NCBI RefSeq assembly: GCF_963921235.1
Contig: NC_086108.1
Span: 83,330,001-83,394,000, forward strand
DNA from: Mobula hypostoma
Taxonomy: Eukaryota
DNA length: 64,000 nucleotides
Direction of reading: 5' to 3'
Part shown: positions 50,919 through 63,499 of the stretch, piece after piece
Layout of the letters: every line of letters starts with the position of its first letter
Position numbering within the stretch: the first letter of the stretch is position 1
Translations under genes and position numbers: made by a program
The notes under the pieces: generated by a model
Database searches by the model: none
Told to the model about the DNA's origin: nothing
The model's input: the letters and a program-made list of their open reading frames with translations, nothing else

Positions 50919-53900
50919 TTACTGGAAAACAGCCAGGGTGATTTCCAAGCTGGAGGAGTCAGGTACAGACCCCACATGGGCCAAGTACAGCTGCTCTGAG
51001 AACACCACACACGATGACCAGGTTTTCTCAGTTATTGAGATGAATCGTCCCAATTTCTGTTTTACCTTCCCCATCCACTCCAGCCAATTCCTGTTACGTG
51101 CTTTGGTCCCTCTGAACCAGATCCACAGAAACTTCAGGTAATTGGACCTTAGGGTGAAGGAGATGCTGGATACTCAAGCCTGTTGCTAAAGAGCATGGCC
51201 TCAGTCTTCATGTGGTTAACTCTAGACCATGCTGCCAATTCAAACTGGTTGCATATGCTGAGCAGTCTGCAAACTAACTTGGATGTCAATCTTCAGGACT
51301 ACATTTTATTATTTGTTCATTTGTTTATGGTAATAGTACTTAATGTGTTGTGTGTGAATTATACGTTGTGCACCTTGGTCTGGAGGAATGTTGTATTTGG
51401 CAGTACACATGCAAAACCTGAATGTGAACTTAGATCCGAATAGAAGATGATGTTGCTGTCCATGTATGGGGAGGTTTCCACCTGGAACCCTCCACTGCCT
51501 GGCAGTGTCATCCCACCCCCCCTCCCATCTTGTATATTCATCCTTTCTGATGGAACAGAAGCGAGTGGACAACCCTGCCCAAATCTAGACCTGATGGGAA
51601 AACCCGTCTGTTTCCCTCCCACTGATTTGGACTGCACTACACGTGTTCCTGTAGAGCAGTTAGATCCAATTTCTGATTTCCTCCCCAAAGCCCATTTTGG
51701 AGAGCATGCCCATCATGAATGTGTGTGGTCCTCTGTTGAAGGCTTTCTCCTGGCCCAAGCTGACCAGGCCAGCATCTACCCATCTATCCTGTACATAGGT
51801 GACGGCATCTCTGAGCAGCACAGTCGTCAAAGGTCTTCCTGCCAGGTGCAGCAGAGGTTTGGTCTGGTGGGCACCTGTCCCAGAGCAGATATGATCCTGC
51901 TGGAGGTGGCCTCGGACAGAACATTCAACAAGATGATGTCATCCCTGACCCTTTCTGCTAATTAATGAACATAATGTTGTTCTTCCTCATGGAATCTGAC
52001 ATGCTGTCAGCCAGAAGCACAACACCACATTTGCATTGTTGATGTAGATTGGAGCATGTGCACTGTCCATCTTCCTTAAGTCAATGACTAGCTCATTTGT
52101 TTTGCTGAAACTAAGGGAAAAACTATTGTCATGCCACCTTGTAATTTGGCTCTCTAGTTCCTTCCTATGTTCCGACTCATTGCTGTGGGAGATTAGGCCC
52201 ACCATGATGGTTTAAGACGGTGCTACCAAAGATGCGCAACAGTTTACTGGTAAATCATAAGGCAAGAGATTCAACTAAAAACATTACTTATAACATTCTT
52301 CATGAAGCAAATTGTGGTGAACTATCACTACAGACACTGAGGAGTCAGGTGGAGGTGAAGCTGGTTCGGGGGAATGAGCCATGCTGGGACATTGCTAGGC
52401 GCAATGTGTTCGAGCCACAGAGAGACAAAGTTCGTATTGCCACCGGAGATCAAGTGAGTGATTTGGAGAGGGGTCAATGTGGAAGAGTTTCGACGCCCGT
52501 CCACCCAACCTGAGTGAGAGGTTGGTTCGGTCCAAGTGCCAAGTCTATTCGGTGAGATGGAGAATGGCTTCGTCGAGGCAGTCCAGGCGTATCAGGGCTC
52601 CTGGATCATGGCAATACTTGTTGCTTGGACAATTTAAAAGCTGGCACAGATAGACCGCATGCCCAAGGGTGGGGCTGACTTTGCTTGTTCTCACGCAAAT
52701 GTTCATTCCTTTCATTGGGGTCCAAGGCTTGGCTTAGGCCTACTCCGGCTGCTCCAGGAGCAGGTCTGGAGCTCAGTCTGTTTCACGTGCTGTTGGCTTG
52801 CTTCTATTGTTTGCACGGTTCTTGTTTTTTCCCTTTCTCCCTCTTTCTCTGCATAGTGGTTTTTGGTCTTTTTTTTTTAATTTGGGCTTCTTGCTTTGTG
52901 GCTGCCTGTAAGCAGACAAACTTCAAGGTGCATAACTCATACATTCTTTGATAATAAATGTTCTTTGAATCTTTGCTATCACTTGCAAACTTGTAGTTGG
53001 AGTAGGAGCAGAACCTGGTAACACATTCATGAGAGAGAAGCGGAAAGGCTGAGGACAGAACTTTGTGAAGCACCAGCATTTAGAATATTCATGTCGGAGG
53101 TACTGCTGCCTATCTTTACTGACTGTGACCTGTTGGTTAGGAAGTCAAGGATCCAGTTGAAGAAGGAGATGTGGAGTCCCAGTCTAGTTTGAAGTTAACT
53201 CTGACTCCACATTCTGTGAATTTCTGAATTTACACACCTTCCTGCAGCAAAGCTTAGTACCTAATACACTAGGCAGTTTACACTCCTTCACTCTATATAT
53301 TTTTTGTACTAATGTTGGGATTTCATCCACTGCATGTAAGCAATGTTGTACATACTCATATCCAGCTTCACTGTCCAAAGATAAACCAAGGGCCAGCAAA
53401 GATGAGTGGTGAAAAGGCAGGTTGGGTGATAAATTAATGCAGTGACTGCAAGACCAGGAAGAGTGAGATGAATAGGGGTAGGAAGAAGCAGCTCATTCTG
53501 TCAGTATACACTAGTTTGTGGATCACATGTCCCTCCTACCAATATTCTAACTGTGAAATGCAGAGGACCGGCACAGATAGATGTCCAAGGACATTCTCCA
53601 ATCAACTTGTTATTTTAAAATTATTTACTCCTTCTATTTTACGCCAGTTTGGAGATTACCACAGTGCCAGCTTCGAGGTCAAATGCACAATCTCTTCTAG
53701 ACATATTACAGATATTTCAATCACAAGACAATATGGTCGGCATTTAAATAGGTTAGGATCAGTGAGCTGATACCATCCATTTCAATCTCACACAGAGCAA
53801 CAGAAAACAATGTGTTTTACTCCCATTTACTATTACTGCCCGCAGTAATTTCTAAACTATTCTTTGACGTTATCGGCACAACTTATTCTCGTTCATAGCA

Positions 53901-54429
53901 AGTAAACTCATTACATATTGCGGTCAGTAAAATAACTTGTGAAGAATATTGCCTCCAGGCTGGAGACTTTAACAAAATATTGGCATTTTCTAATATACGT
54001 TATCTGCTGTAACAGTTGATACCCTGACGAAACAAGGATGAAGTGCATTTGAAAAAAGGTAACAGATACCACTGTTGTAGTGTGCACTGATAAAAGGAAT
54101 GGATAAAGTTCAATGAAAGTTTCACCACTCACACTAACTTATTTATTGGTGTCTGATCTATTAACTGTTCCCAGAAATTCACCCATCCAGTTGTGAAATG
54201 TAGACACAAAAGACTGCAGAAGCTGGAACCTGGAGCAAAGCACGAGTTGCTGGAGGAACTCAGTGGGGCAGATAGCACCTATAGAGGGAAATGGACAAGG
54301 TGGTCCAGATGAAGGTTGTTAATCTGATACATCAACAGTCAACATCCTTCCACAGACGCTGCATGAGCCCTTCCAGCATCTTGACATTTGCTCCAGTTGC
54401 AAACTGTTACATGTCCTGTTAACAGCAGA

Positions 54430-55950
54430 GAGATCATAAAACATAAAGTAGTACAGGCCCTTCGGCCTATGATGTTTTTCCAACATTTTAACCCTCTCCA
54501 TGATCAAACTAATCCTTCCCTCCCATATAACCCTCCATTTTGTTTCATCCATGTGCCTATCCAAGAGTCCTTTGTGCCCAATGCATCTGTCTCTACCACG
54601 AATACCAGCAGTGCATGCCATGCACTTACCAATCTATGTAAAAATCTACCTCTGACATCCCTTCCCCCATATTTTCCTTCAATCACTTTAAAATTATGTC
54701 CTCTCGTATTAGCGATTGCCACCATAAGAAAAAAGGTCTTTAGCTGTCCATTCTATTTATGCCTCTTATGTTATTATATACATCTCTATCAAATTCCTTC
54801 CATTCTCCTTCACTCCAAAAAGAAAAATCCCTTGCTCGCTTAACCTTTCCTTATAAGACATGTCCTCTAATCCAGGCAGCATCCTGGTAAATTTCCTCTA
54901 CACCCTCTCTAAAGCTTTCACGTCCTTCCTATAATGAGATGATCAGAACTGAACACAGTACTCCAGCTGTGATCTGGCCAGATCTTTATAAAGCTGCAAT
55001 ATGGCCTCGCATCTATTGAACTCAATCCCCCAACTATCCAAGGCCAACACACCATACACCTCCTTAATCACCCTATCAATTTGCATGGCAACTTTGAGGG
55101 ATCAATGCGTTTACACCACAAGGTCCCTCTATTCCTCCACACTGCTAAGAATCCTGCCATTAATTCTGTACTCTGCCATCAAGTACAACCTTCAAAAGTG
55201 TATCACTTTGCACTTTTCCAGATTGAACTCCATCTGCCACTTCACAGCTCGGCTCTGTTATCAATGGGAAGGTTTATTCATAGATGTGTATGTGCTGGTG
55301 TAACACAAGCACCACCCAAAGCCCCGACTCTCTCTTCCTAATCCAGCATCATGGCAGCTCATCAACCAAGTTGAAACTTTGTAAAGCACTGGTGAGACCT
55401 CACTTGGAGTACTATGAGCAGTTTTGGACCGCTCATCTTAGAAAGGATGTGCTGACACTGGACAGGATTTAAAGGAAGTTCACAAAAAATGATTCCAGGA
55501 TTGAATGGCTTGTCATAGAAGAGCATTTGATGGCACAGAACCTGTATTCACTGGAATTCAGAAGAATGAGGGGTGGCCTCATTGAAATCAATCGAATAGT
55601 GAAAGGCCTTGATAGAGTGGATGTGGAGAGGATGTTTACTATGGTGGGAGAGTCTAGGACCAGAGGACAGCCTCAGAATAGAGGGGCATCCCTTCAGAAC
55701 GGTGATGAGGAGGAATTTCTCTGGCTAGAGTAGTGAATCTGTGGCATTCATTGCCACATGCAGCCGTGGAGGCCAAGTCTTTATGTATATTTAAGGCAGA
55801 GGTTGATAGATTCTTGACTGGTCAGGGCATGAAGGGAAACAAAAAGAAGGCAGAAGATCGGAATTGAGAGGAAAATTGGATCAGCCATGATGAAATGCAG
55901 AGCAGGCTCGGACCAAATAGCCTAATTCTGCTCTTATATCTTTTAATCTT
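54430..55950. mobile_element. Two CR1 3' fragments in opposite orientation
   Basis: Minus: TRGHNFKV...RLVSAWHAL. Plus: LVRPHLEYYEQFW, LYSLEFRRMRGGLIE. Confidence 0.8.
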
Positions 55951-56407
55951 ATAGAACCTAAAACCTATCTCAGCCTCTTTAATGTCAGCTTGCTGCGTAC
56001 ATAGCAAAAGCAGTTGTGAGAGCACAGGAACTTGGAGAGGAAAAGTGCATTTTAGAAGGTTGACCATGGAAGAAGAGGATGGCAGATTGGACAGAAAATG
56101 GCACTACACTAAGGAAGAAGATTGGAATGGGGAAAAAAAGCATGGGAGGAAAGAATGATGGTATCTGAATCAGATTTATTATCACTGGCAGGTGACATGA
56201 AATTTGTTAACTTAGCAGCAGCAGTTCAATGCAATACATAATTTAGCAGAGAGAGAAAAAAATAAAACATAATAAATAAACAAGTAAATCAATTACATAC
56301 ATTGAATACAAACAACAGGAATTCTGCAGATGCTGGAAATTCAAGCAACATACATCAAAGTTGCTGGTGAACGCAGCAGGCCAAGCAGCATCTGTAGGAA
56401 GAGGTAC

Positions 56408-56443
56408 AGTCGACGTTTCAGGCCGAGACCCTTCGTCAGGACT
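56408..56443 (-). ncRNA. Minimal type I hammerhead ribozyme motif
   Basis: AGUC-CUGACGA-AGG-GUCUCGG-CCU-GAAACGUC-GACU. Confidence 0.75.
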
Positions 56444-56572
56444 AACTGAAGGAAGAGTGAGTAAGGGATTTGAAAGTTGGAGGGGGAGGGGGAGATCCAA
56501 AATGATAGGAGAAGACAGGAGGGGGAGGGATAGAGCCGAGAGCTGGACAGGTGATAGGCAAAAGGGGATACG

Positions 56573-56712
56573 AGTGTGGTCGAAAAGTTGAAGAGCCGAA
56601 GAAATTACAGATGGGGAGCAGTGAGAGATGGTTTCACTGAACAGTGTGGTCGAAAAGTTGAAGAGCCGAAGAAATTACAGATGGGGAGCAGTGAGAGATG
56701 GTTTCACTGAAC
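56573..56712. repeat. Perfect tandem duplication, 2 x 70 bp
   Basis: agtgtggtcgaaaagttgaagagcc...gtttcactgaac at 56573-56642 and 56643-56712. Confidence 0.95.
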
Positions 56713-56844
56713 CATCGTATCCCCTTTTGCCTATCACCTGTCCAGCTCTCGGCTCTATCCCTCCCCCTCCTGTCTTCTCCTATCATTTTGGATCTCCCCC
56801 TCCCCCTCCAACTTTCAAATCCCTTACTCACTCTTCCTTCAGTT

Positions 56845-56880
56845 AGTCCTGACGAAGGGTCTCGGCCTGAAACGTCGACT
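56845..56880 (+). ncRNA. Minimal type I hammerhead ribozyme motif
   Basis: AGUC-CUGACGA-AGG-GUCUCGG-CCU-GAAACGUC-GACU. Confidence 0.75.
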
Positions 56881-59800
56881 GCACCTCTTCCTATAGATGC
56901 TGCTTGGCCTGCTGCGTTCACCAGCAACTTTGATGTATGTTACATACATTGAATAGATTTTTTTAAGTGTGCAAAAATAGAAATACTGTATATTAAAAAA
57001 AAGTGAGGTAGTGTCCAAAGTTTCAATGTCCATTTAGGAATTGGATGGCGGAGGGGAAGAAGCTGTCCCTAAATCTCTGAGTGTGTGCCTTCGGGCTTCT
57101 GTACCTCCTACCTGATGGTAACAGTGAGAAAAGGGCATGCCCTTTCCTTCTGGAAAGGAAATTGGAAATAAAGACAAGACGACAAGTTATTAAAGGAGGG
57201 CAGGGACAAAGGTCAAAAGGAAGTTTGGACAGGAGACTGTTGGTGGTGGTTGGAAAAAAGGAGATTGTAGTGGATATAAGCCAGAAGAAGGTGCATATTT
57301 TTTGGACTGTACTCCCAACCAAGCATTGTACTCAGCCTCTACCTATATACCCCTACTGCACAGATCAATGCAGAAGACCCACAAAAGATACAGTCGAGGT
57401 ATATAAAATTATAAAAGGCCTAAAAAGAGTAAACTGTAAAGGTCAATTTTCCTTAGCAGAAAGATCATCAAACAGGGAGCACAGATTAAAAGTTATGTGC
57501 TGGGGGATTCTATACATGAAGGACAATCAGATGTTTAACCAGTCATTCATACACTGAAGTGCTCAGAATTTTGTGCAAGTCATCAAGTTGTTCTTCTTCC
57601 TCAGTGATTAACATCGTGTGATGCTCAACATGAACAAATCAGAGGTGCAATTGTCATTCGGACCTTGGAAGATTTTAATGCCAATAACAAATTTTATCTG
57701 GAATATCTCCATGTCATCACAAAGGTCATTCCCATTGTTCATTCACTCCTATAGACCACACAACATGCACAGCAAAGTGGATCTTTGCTTGTACTGTATT
57801 TGGAAAGTTGTTAGACAAGTAAACATTTTAAAATACTGGAGCTAAATAAGGATAAATCTCAATGTGCAAACATAGTCTGTAACAATTTAAATCACATTAT
57901 CGGAAGTCTGCCTTCAGATTTGTCTATAAGCATTCCAATCATCAGTATGGTTTTATTCAAAGCAGTGTCCAATAGGTAAAATGTCCATTTTCATTTTATA
58001 AAGTTAGGATTTGTGTAGACAATAACAATTTATATCTGAGAAAATAAAACTTAAACTTGTTTCACCTCTCATCTCATGCTTAGTTTACTTCCCAAGATAG
58101 CCTGAAACTGCAGATTTGTGAAACAGCTCAGCATTTCATGAACATCAGCCTCCCCTCAGTGATGTCTGTCCACACTTCTTATTGCCTCGACTATGCAGCC
58201 AACAGAATCAAAGACCCCCACCTACCCCAGGTATTCTCTTTTCTTCCTCCATCCGTAGAAGATACAAAAGCCTTGAAGCACTTAACACCAGCCTCAAAGA
58301 GAGCTTTCATTCCACTGTTGTAAGACTACTGAACAGTCCCCTAGTACAATAATATAAATTCTTGACATCATGTTCTACCTCATTATGGCCTTGTCCCCTA
58401 GGGTCTGCACGGCACTTTCTCTGTGACATTATTGTACAATCTGTTATTGCTTTCCCTGGACTACCTCCATGCATTGTTGTAAGGATGGCATGCCAAAGAT
58501 TTTCACTGTCCCTCGGTACATGTGACAGAAATAAACGAATTCACCAATTTGCCTTTCAGCACTTGATAAGAATTCAGTTGCATGATTAGATTAAGTCCAG
58601 AAGAATTAAGTTGTTGGAGAAGAAAAGCGAGAGAAATATTCACATGACAGAAGCAGTGAGTCAGTATCTGGGATAAAACCATCAGTACGAGATGAAACAA
58701 GGTGGCAGAAGTGCAGAGAGAAACTTTAACTTTTGCAGAAGAGGACCAGGTAATAAAAACAAAGAGAAAAGCGGGTGATTACATTGGGTCTGAACCGTGA
58801 AGAATTGGCAGATTCTCAAACAACAGGCAATTAAGACCCAAAACAACTGAAGAAGAAGAGCTAAAGAAGGGCCAGGTCATCTAGATGTTCCTTCAAGGAA
58901 AATACTCAATTTGTACCATTATAGAAGTTCCCTAATTTATTACAACTTGCAGGGGAAAATGAATAAACCTGATCGGATTCAAGAGATGGATTTCATTTAA
59001 TTCCATGGTAAATTCAGAATTTTGAATCATCTACAAAATTACATTTGTCACTTTCAGTCACATAAACAATTTGTTTCAAGTTTCTGTGACACAGTCACTA
59101 ATGTTGGTTGACATGGCTTCATAAATCTACTTAAGAGAGGACATCTTCAGAGATGTCATACAGTAATGGAATAAGGCACTCAAAATGAATTCTGCCAGGT
59201 TCCATTATTGGCATGCCATCACTTACAGAATCATACCAGCAAGTGCATGCAATAGAAACGCAATTCTCTCTCAGGATGAATGGCATTTTGTTTTTAAGCT
59301 CATTTCTATCAGAAAAGAAATAAGAAAGATACGTATTTACATAACACCTTTCACAACCTCAGGACATCAGAAAGCATTTTAGCATCATGTTTTGACATTA
59401 CAGCAGCTGTTCCAGGTGGTAGGCTTGTCCAATCACTCTGATCTGGGCACAATTGCCTTAGTGTGGTTGACATTTCTCCAGCATCATTTACGCATGTGGC
59501 GATGTCATCTGCACTCATCACTACCTCACTGACGGACACCGGTGCAGCAAGATGTAACTCAGGAGCTTTATTCTTAACTCCCAAAAGAACAAGGAGTGAA
59601 CCGCCATAGCAAAAAGGTTCCCATTGAGATACTGGTGCACAGATCTCTTCAACTAGTTGCCTGAACGTTCAACGCTTTGCATTTTTCACACATTGTTGTT
59701 GGGTCTCATACAGTAATGGAATAAGACAGAGAGAAACAAACTGCATTCTCCAAGTGTCTTGGGCACCACTCATAGTATAAGACTCCACCTGTGCCAACAA

Positions 59801-60052
59801 ATATAGAGAACAGAAGACTCATGTTACCCATCTCATACTATTTCCCTCACCTCCGTGAACACCTTTAATGTCACTGCACTGCAGGAACCTTGCAGAGGGT
59901 TTTTAAGACTGATGCCTGTGTCCCAGGAGGGATCCTACTTGCTGGTTTCCCAAATAGGGATTCACGTCAGGTAATGGTAAAATCAAATTTGTATTTGAAC
60001 AGAGCCACTGTTGTAAATTAAGAACTACCATGAGATGATACAGAACACTAGT

Positions 60053-60193
60053 ACAAACAAGAGAAAATCTGCAGATGCTAGAGATCCAAGCATTGCACAC
60101 AAATTGCTGGAGGAACTCAGCAGGCCAGGCAGCACCTATCGAAAAGAGTACAGTCGACGTTTCAGGCCAAAACCCTTCGACTGTACTCTTTTC
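60053..60193 (-). mobile_element. Truncated Penelope-like pLTR with a 17-bp fold-back
   Basis: gaaaagagtacagtcga (60141-57) and its reverse complement tcgactgtactcttttc (60177-93). Confidence 0.75.
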
Positions 60194-60595
60194 AGAGAAC
60201 ACTGATATAGTCATTCTGATGCATTTGATGCACACTAAATATCTTGGTCACAGTGGTCAAAGCCAGGGAACAGAAAACTAAACACTTACTAGCCAGGCAA
60301 TAGCAATCCAGGACAGTTACAGTCACAGTCTAAGGGGGTAAAATACCTTTGCTAGTTTTGATGATGGGTTCCAATCAAAAATGTTCTGACGAATATTGCA
60401 CTCCCCTATTGAACAAGACAATGCAGGAACCAGTACTGATTTGAGGTACAGGAGCCTGAAGACACACTCAACATTTTAGGAACAGCTTCTTCCTCTTTGC
60501 CATCAGATTTTTGAATGGACAATGAACCAACCCATGAATACTACCTCAGATTTTTACTCTTTTTTCCATTATTTAATTAAAATTTTTAATATATC

Positions 60596-61400
60596 TAGTG
60601 GCTTCCAGTTAATTAGGTCGTCAATTAATTGGGGCAGCTGCTTATTTGGGACAACTCTTAAAGAACAAAACTAAGGAAATAGCCAGATTCCCTTCATTTA
60701 TTTGGGACACTATAACTTGGACATTTTAACTGAGCAGGAGACTGTTAATAGCAGTTTTTAACCACTGCCTGACACATATGCTTGTGTGGCTGTGAGACAT
60801 TACACTATGCTTAGAGCAAATAGTTTTTAAAATAGTGTTAGTTGAGTGCGCGGGTTTTCAAAAAGCAGTGATTTTTGTTGATAATTGGCAAGAAATAAGC
60901 AGTAAGACAATTCAGAACTGTGTTGCTCTGCGGTTTCAAGCATTCAGGCTTGGAGATGTCAGAAACTGCTGGAAGAGAAAATCAAATGATTTCACTACAT
61001 CAACAAGTTAGGACCCATGAAGAATATGAAGGTGTTGAGGATCATCCTGAGCTTATAATGAAAATGAAGACTTGGAGGATGCAATCATTGACAGAATTGT
61101 ATGAAGGCAGTCCATTATCTGCACTAGGTATCTACGCTGATTTTGATCGTTTACAGCTAATCAAATGAACGTGCCAGCACTTCTGGCTGAATTCCGCCAT
61201 TGATAACTATTAACAGCTAACACAGTTTTATAGTTATAGTGTTCTAATTTGTTCTGTATTTCATTTAATTGAATAATTTGTTATTCAGTTAAAATGGTAG
61301 CTTGTCTTTTTTGTACCTTGTTAACTATTTCTATGAAACTTCAGCTAATTGGGCCAAAATGCACTGGTCCTGATGTGTCTCAATTAACTCGAATCCACTC
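60596..61400. mobile_element. Pogo/Tigger-like non-autonomous DNA element
   Basis: Imperfect TIRs agtggcttccagttaatt / aattaactcgaatccact next to TA, interrupting a LINE 3' tail. Confidence 0.55.
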
Positions 61401-61809
61401 TATGTATTTATAGTACTTTTTATGTATTGCTCTGTAACGCTGCCAGAAAACAACAAAATTAATCTTATATGTCAGTGATATTAAATCTGATTCTGATTTT
61501 CTTACATTCAACCTATTCCATGGCTGTGTGGGACCCAGATGCTTAATTCTGCTGTACTGGCATTTCTATGTTACTCTCATCGACCTTGGCTGATACCTCA
61601 TCTGGATTTGTGTTTAAGAGCTGCTCCTAGCCGTGTGACACAGGGTTATCAAAGGTCGATATTGAAAGAAATATTTTCACAGCAAAATAAATTCAGCCCC
61701 TTTCATCTCGCCTACACAGCAGCAACCCCTTCCAACAAGTTAAAAAAAATTAAGCTGCAGGAACAAAGGATGATTTTCCTTCAGATATACTGCTTCACCC
61801 CTTGAGTTG

Positions 61810-62725
61810 TTCATCTTCAGCAAGAATGGTGAGTCAGCATACAGAGAGGAGGTGCAGCAGCTAATGGACTGGTGCAGAGACAACAACCTGTCAACAAAAC
61901 AAAAGAGATGGTTGTTGACTTCAGGATGACACGGAGCGACCACTCACTGCTGAACATCGACGACTCCTTCGTAGAGATCGTTAAGAGCACCAAATTTCTT
62001 GGTGCTCACCTGGCGGGATTCTCACCTGGTCCCTCAACACCAGCTCCATAGCAAAGAAAGCCCAGCAGCGTCTCTACTTTCTGCAAAGGCTGAGAAAAGT
62101 CCATCTCCCACACCCCATCCTCACCACGTTCTACAGAGGTTGTATTGAGAGCATCCTGAGCAGCTGCATCACGGCCTGGTTCAGAAATTGTACCATCTCT
62201 GATCGCAAGACCCTACAGCAGATAGTGAGGTCAGCTGAGAAGATCATCAGGGTTTCTCTTCCCGCCATTACAGATACTTACACCACACGCTGCATCCGCA
62301 AAGCAAACAGCATTATGAAGGACCCCACGCACCCCTCATACAAACTCTTCTCCCTCCTGCCATCTGGCAAAAGGCACCGAAGCATTCAGGCTCTCACAAC
62401 CAGACTATGTAACAGTTTCTTCCCCCAAGTCATCAGACTCCTCAATACCCAGAGCCTGTACTGACACCAACCTACTATGTCCTCTACTGTGCCTACTGTC
62501 TTGTTTATTATTTATTGTAGTGTCTGCACTGTTTTGTGCACTTTATGCAGTCCTGGATAGGTCTGTGGTCTGGTGTAGTTTTTGTGTTGTTTTCTTACGT
62601 AGTTCAGTGTAGTTTTTGTATTGTTTCATGTAGCACCACGGTCCTAGAAAACACTGTCTCATTTTTACTATGTTCTTACCGGCAGTTATGGTTGAAATGA
62701 CAATAAAAAGCGACTTGACTTGACT
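61810..62725 (+). mobile_element. Rex-Babar-like LINE 3' fragment
   Basis: [46 protein letters not shown]; aataaa plus a (gactt)n tail. Confidence 0.85.
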
Positions 62726-63499
62726 TCCTGCAGCTTGTTTTGAGTTGAGACCCTGGATCAGGTTTCAATCCAAAGGACTGACAATTCCTTTGTTTAAATA
62801 GATGTTACTTGACCCTCTGAGCTCTTGCAGCGCAGTTTTTTTTTTGCTCCAGATTCCAGCAGCTGTAGACCCATGTTCTCCTTTCTAATGAGCAGTCTGG
62901 TTGCAGAGTTGTGCATACAGTTTTGTTTTTACATGGAAAGGGTTAAAATGATCTGCTGGAAACGGAGAGGTGATTAGCAAGCCTGCCGGCGTGGAGGATT
63001 TGCATTTTTCCCCTCTGATCTGATTTCGGTTTTGAGCTTAGCATTAAATATGGAAGCAACAAAGGCAATTCAGTAACAGGCCCAGCTTTGCCTCAAACAA
63101 ATTCACAGAATGATTTGAATTTTTGGTGAATCGCAGATAAAGTTTCCGTACAACCTAAAGAATGTTCAACTAGGATTCTAATATATTAATCTCATTCCAC
63201 AAATAAATATTGTTCATCATGACGCATGAGTGTCTATGTTATAATTGCGCAACATGTCAGAGAGACCACACTTGGAGTAGTATGTTCAGTTCTAATCAGC
63301 CTGTTATACAGGAAGCATGAGATTAAACTGGAAAGAGTGAAAAAAAGGATATGGCCAAGTTTCAAAAGACTGAGAAAGGTTGGGTCTTTAGAGCACATAC
63401 ACAGTGGCCAATATATTAGGTCTCTTTTGTACTCTAATAAAGTGGCCACTGAGTGTATGTTTGTGGTTTTCTGCTGCTGTAGCCCATCCACTTCAAGGT

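Larger units (their letters stand above)
56309..56939. mobile_element. Inverted pair of Penelope-like pLTRs with an internal 2x70-bp tandem
   Basis: Near-identical arms of ~225 bp; TSD ttacatacattgaata (56293-308, 56940-55). Sits inside a Rex-Babar-like 3' end (~56165-57145, minus). Confidence 0.88.

Noticed and set aside
51447..51965. 172-aa ORF as a host gene
   Set aside because: No recognisable protein, surrounded by retroelement debris; probably a decayed LINE piece.
56573..56712. CRISPR-like repeat
   Set aside because: Two adjacent identical 70-bp units with no spacer, in eukaryotic retroelement context; no cas genes.
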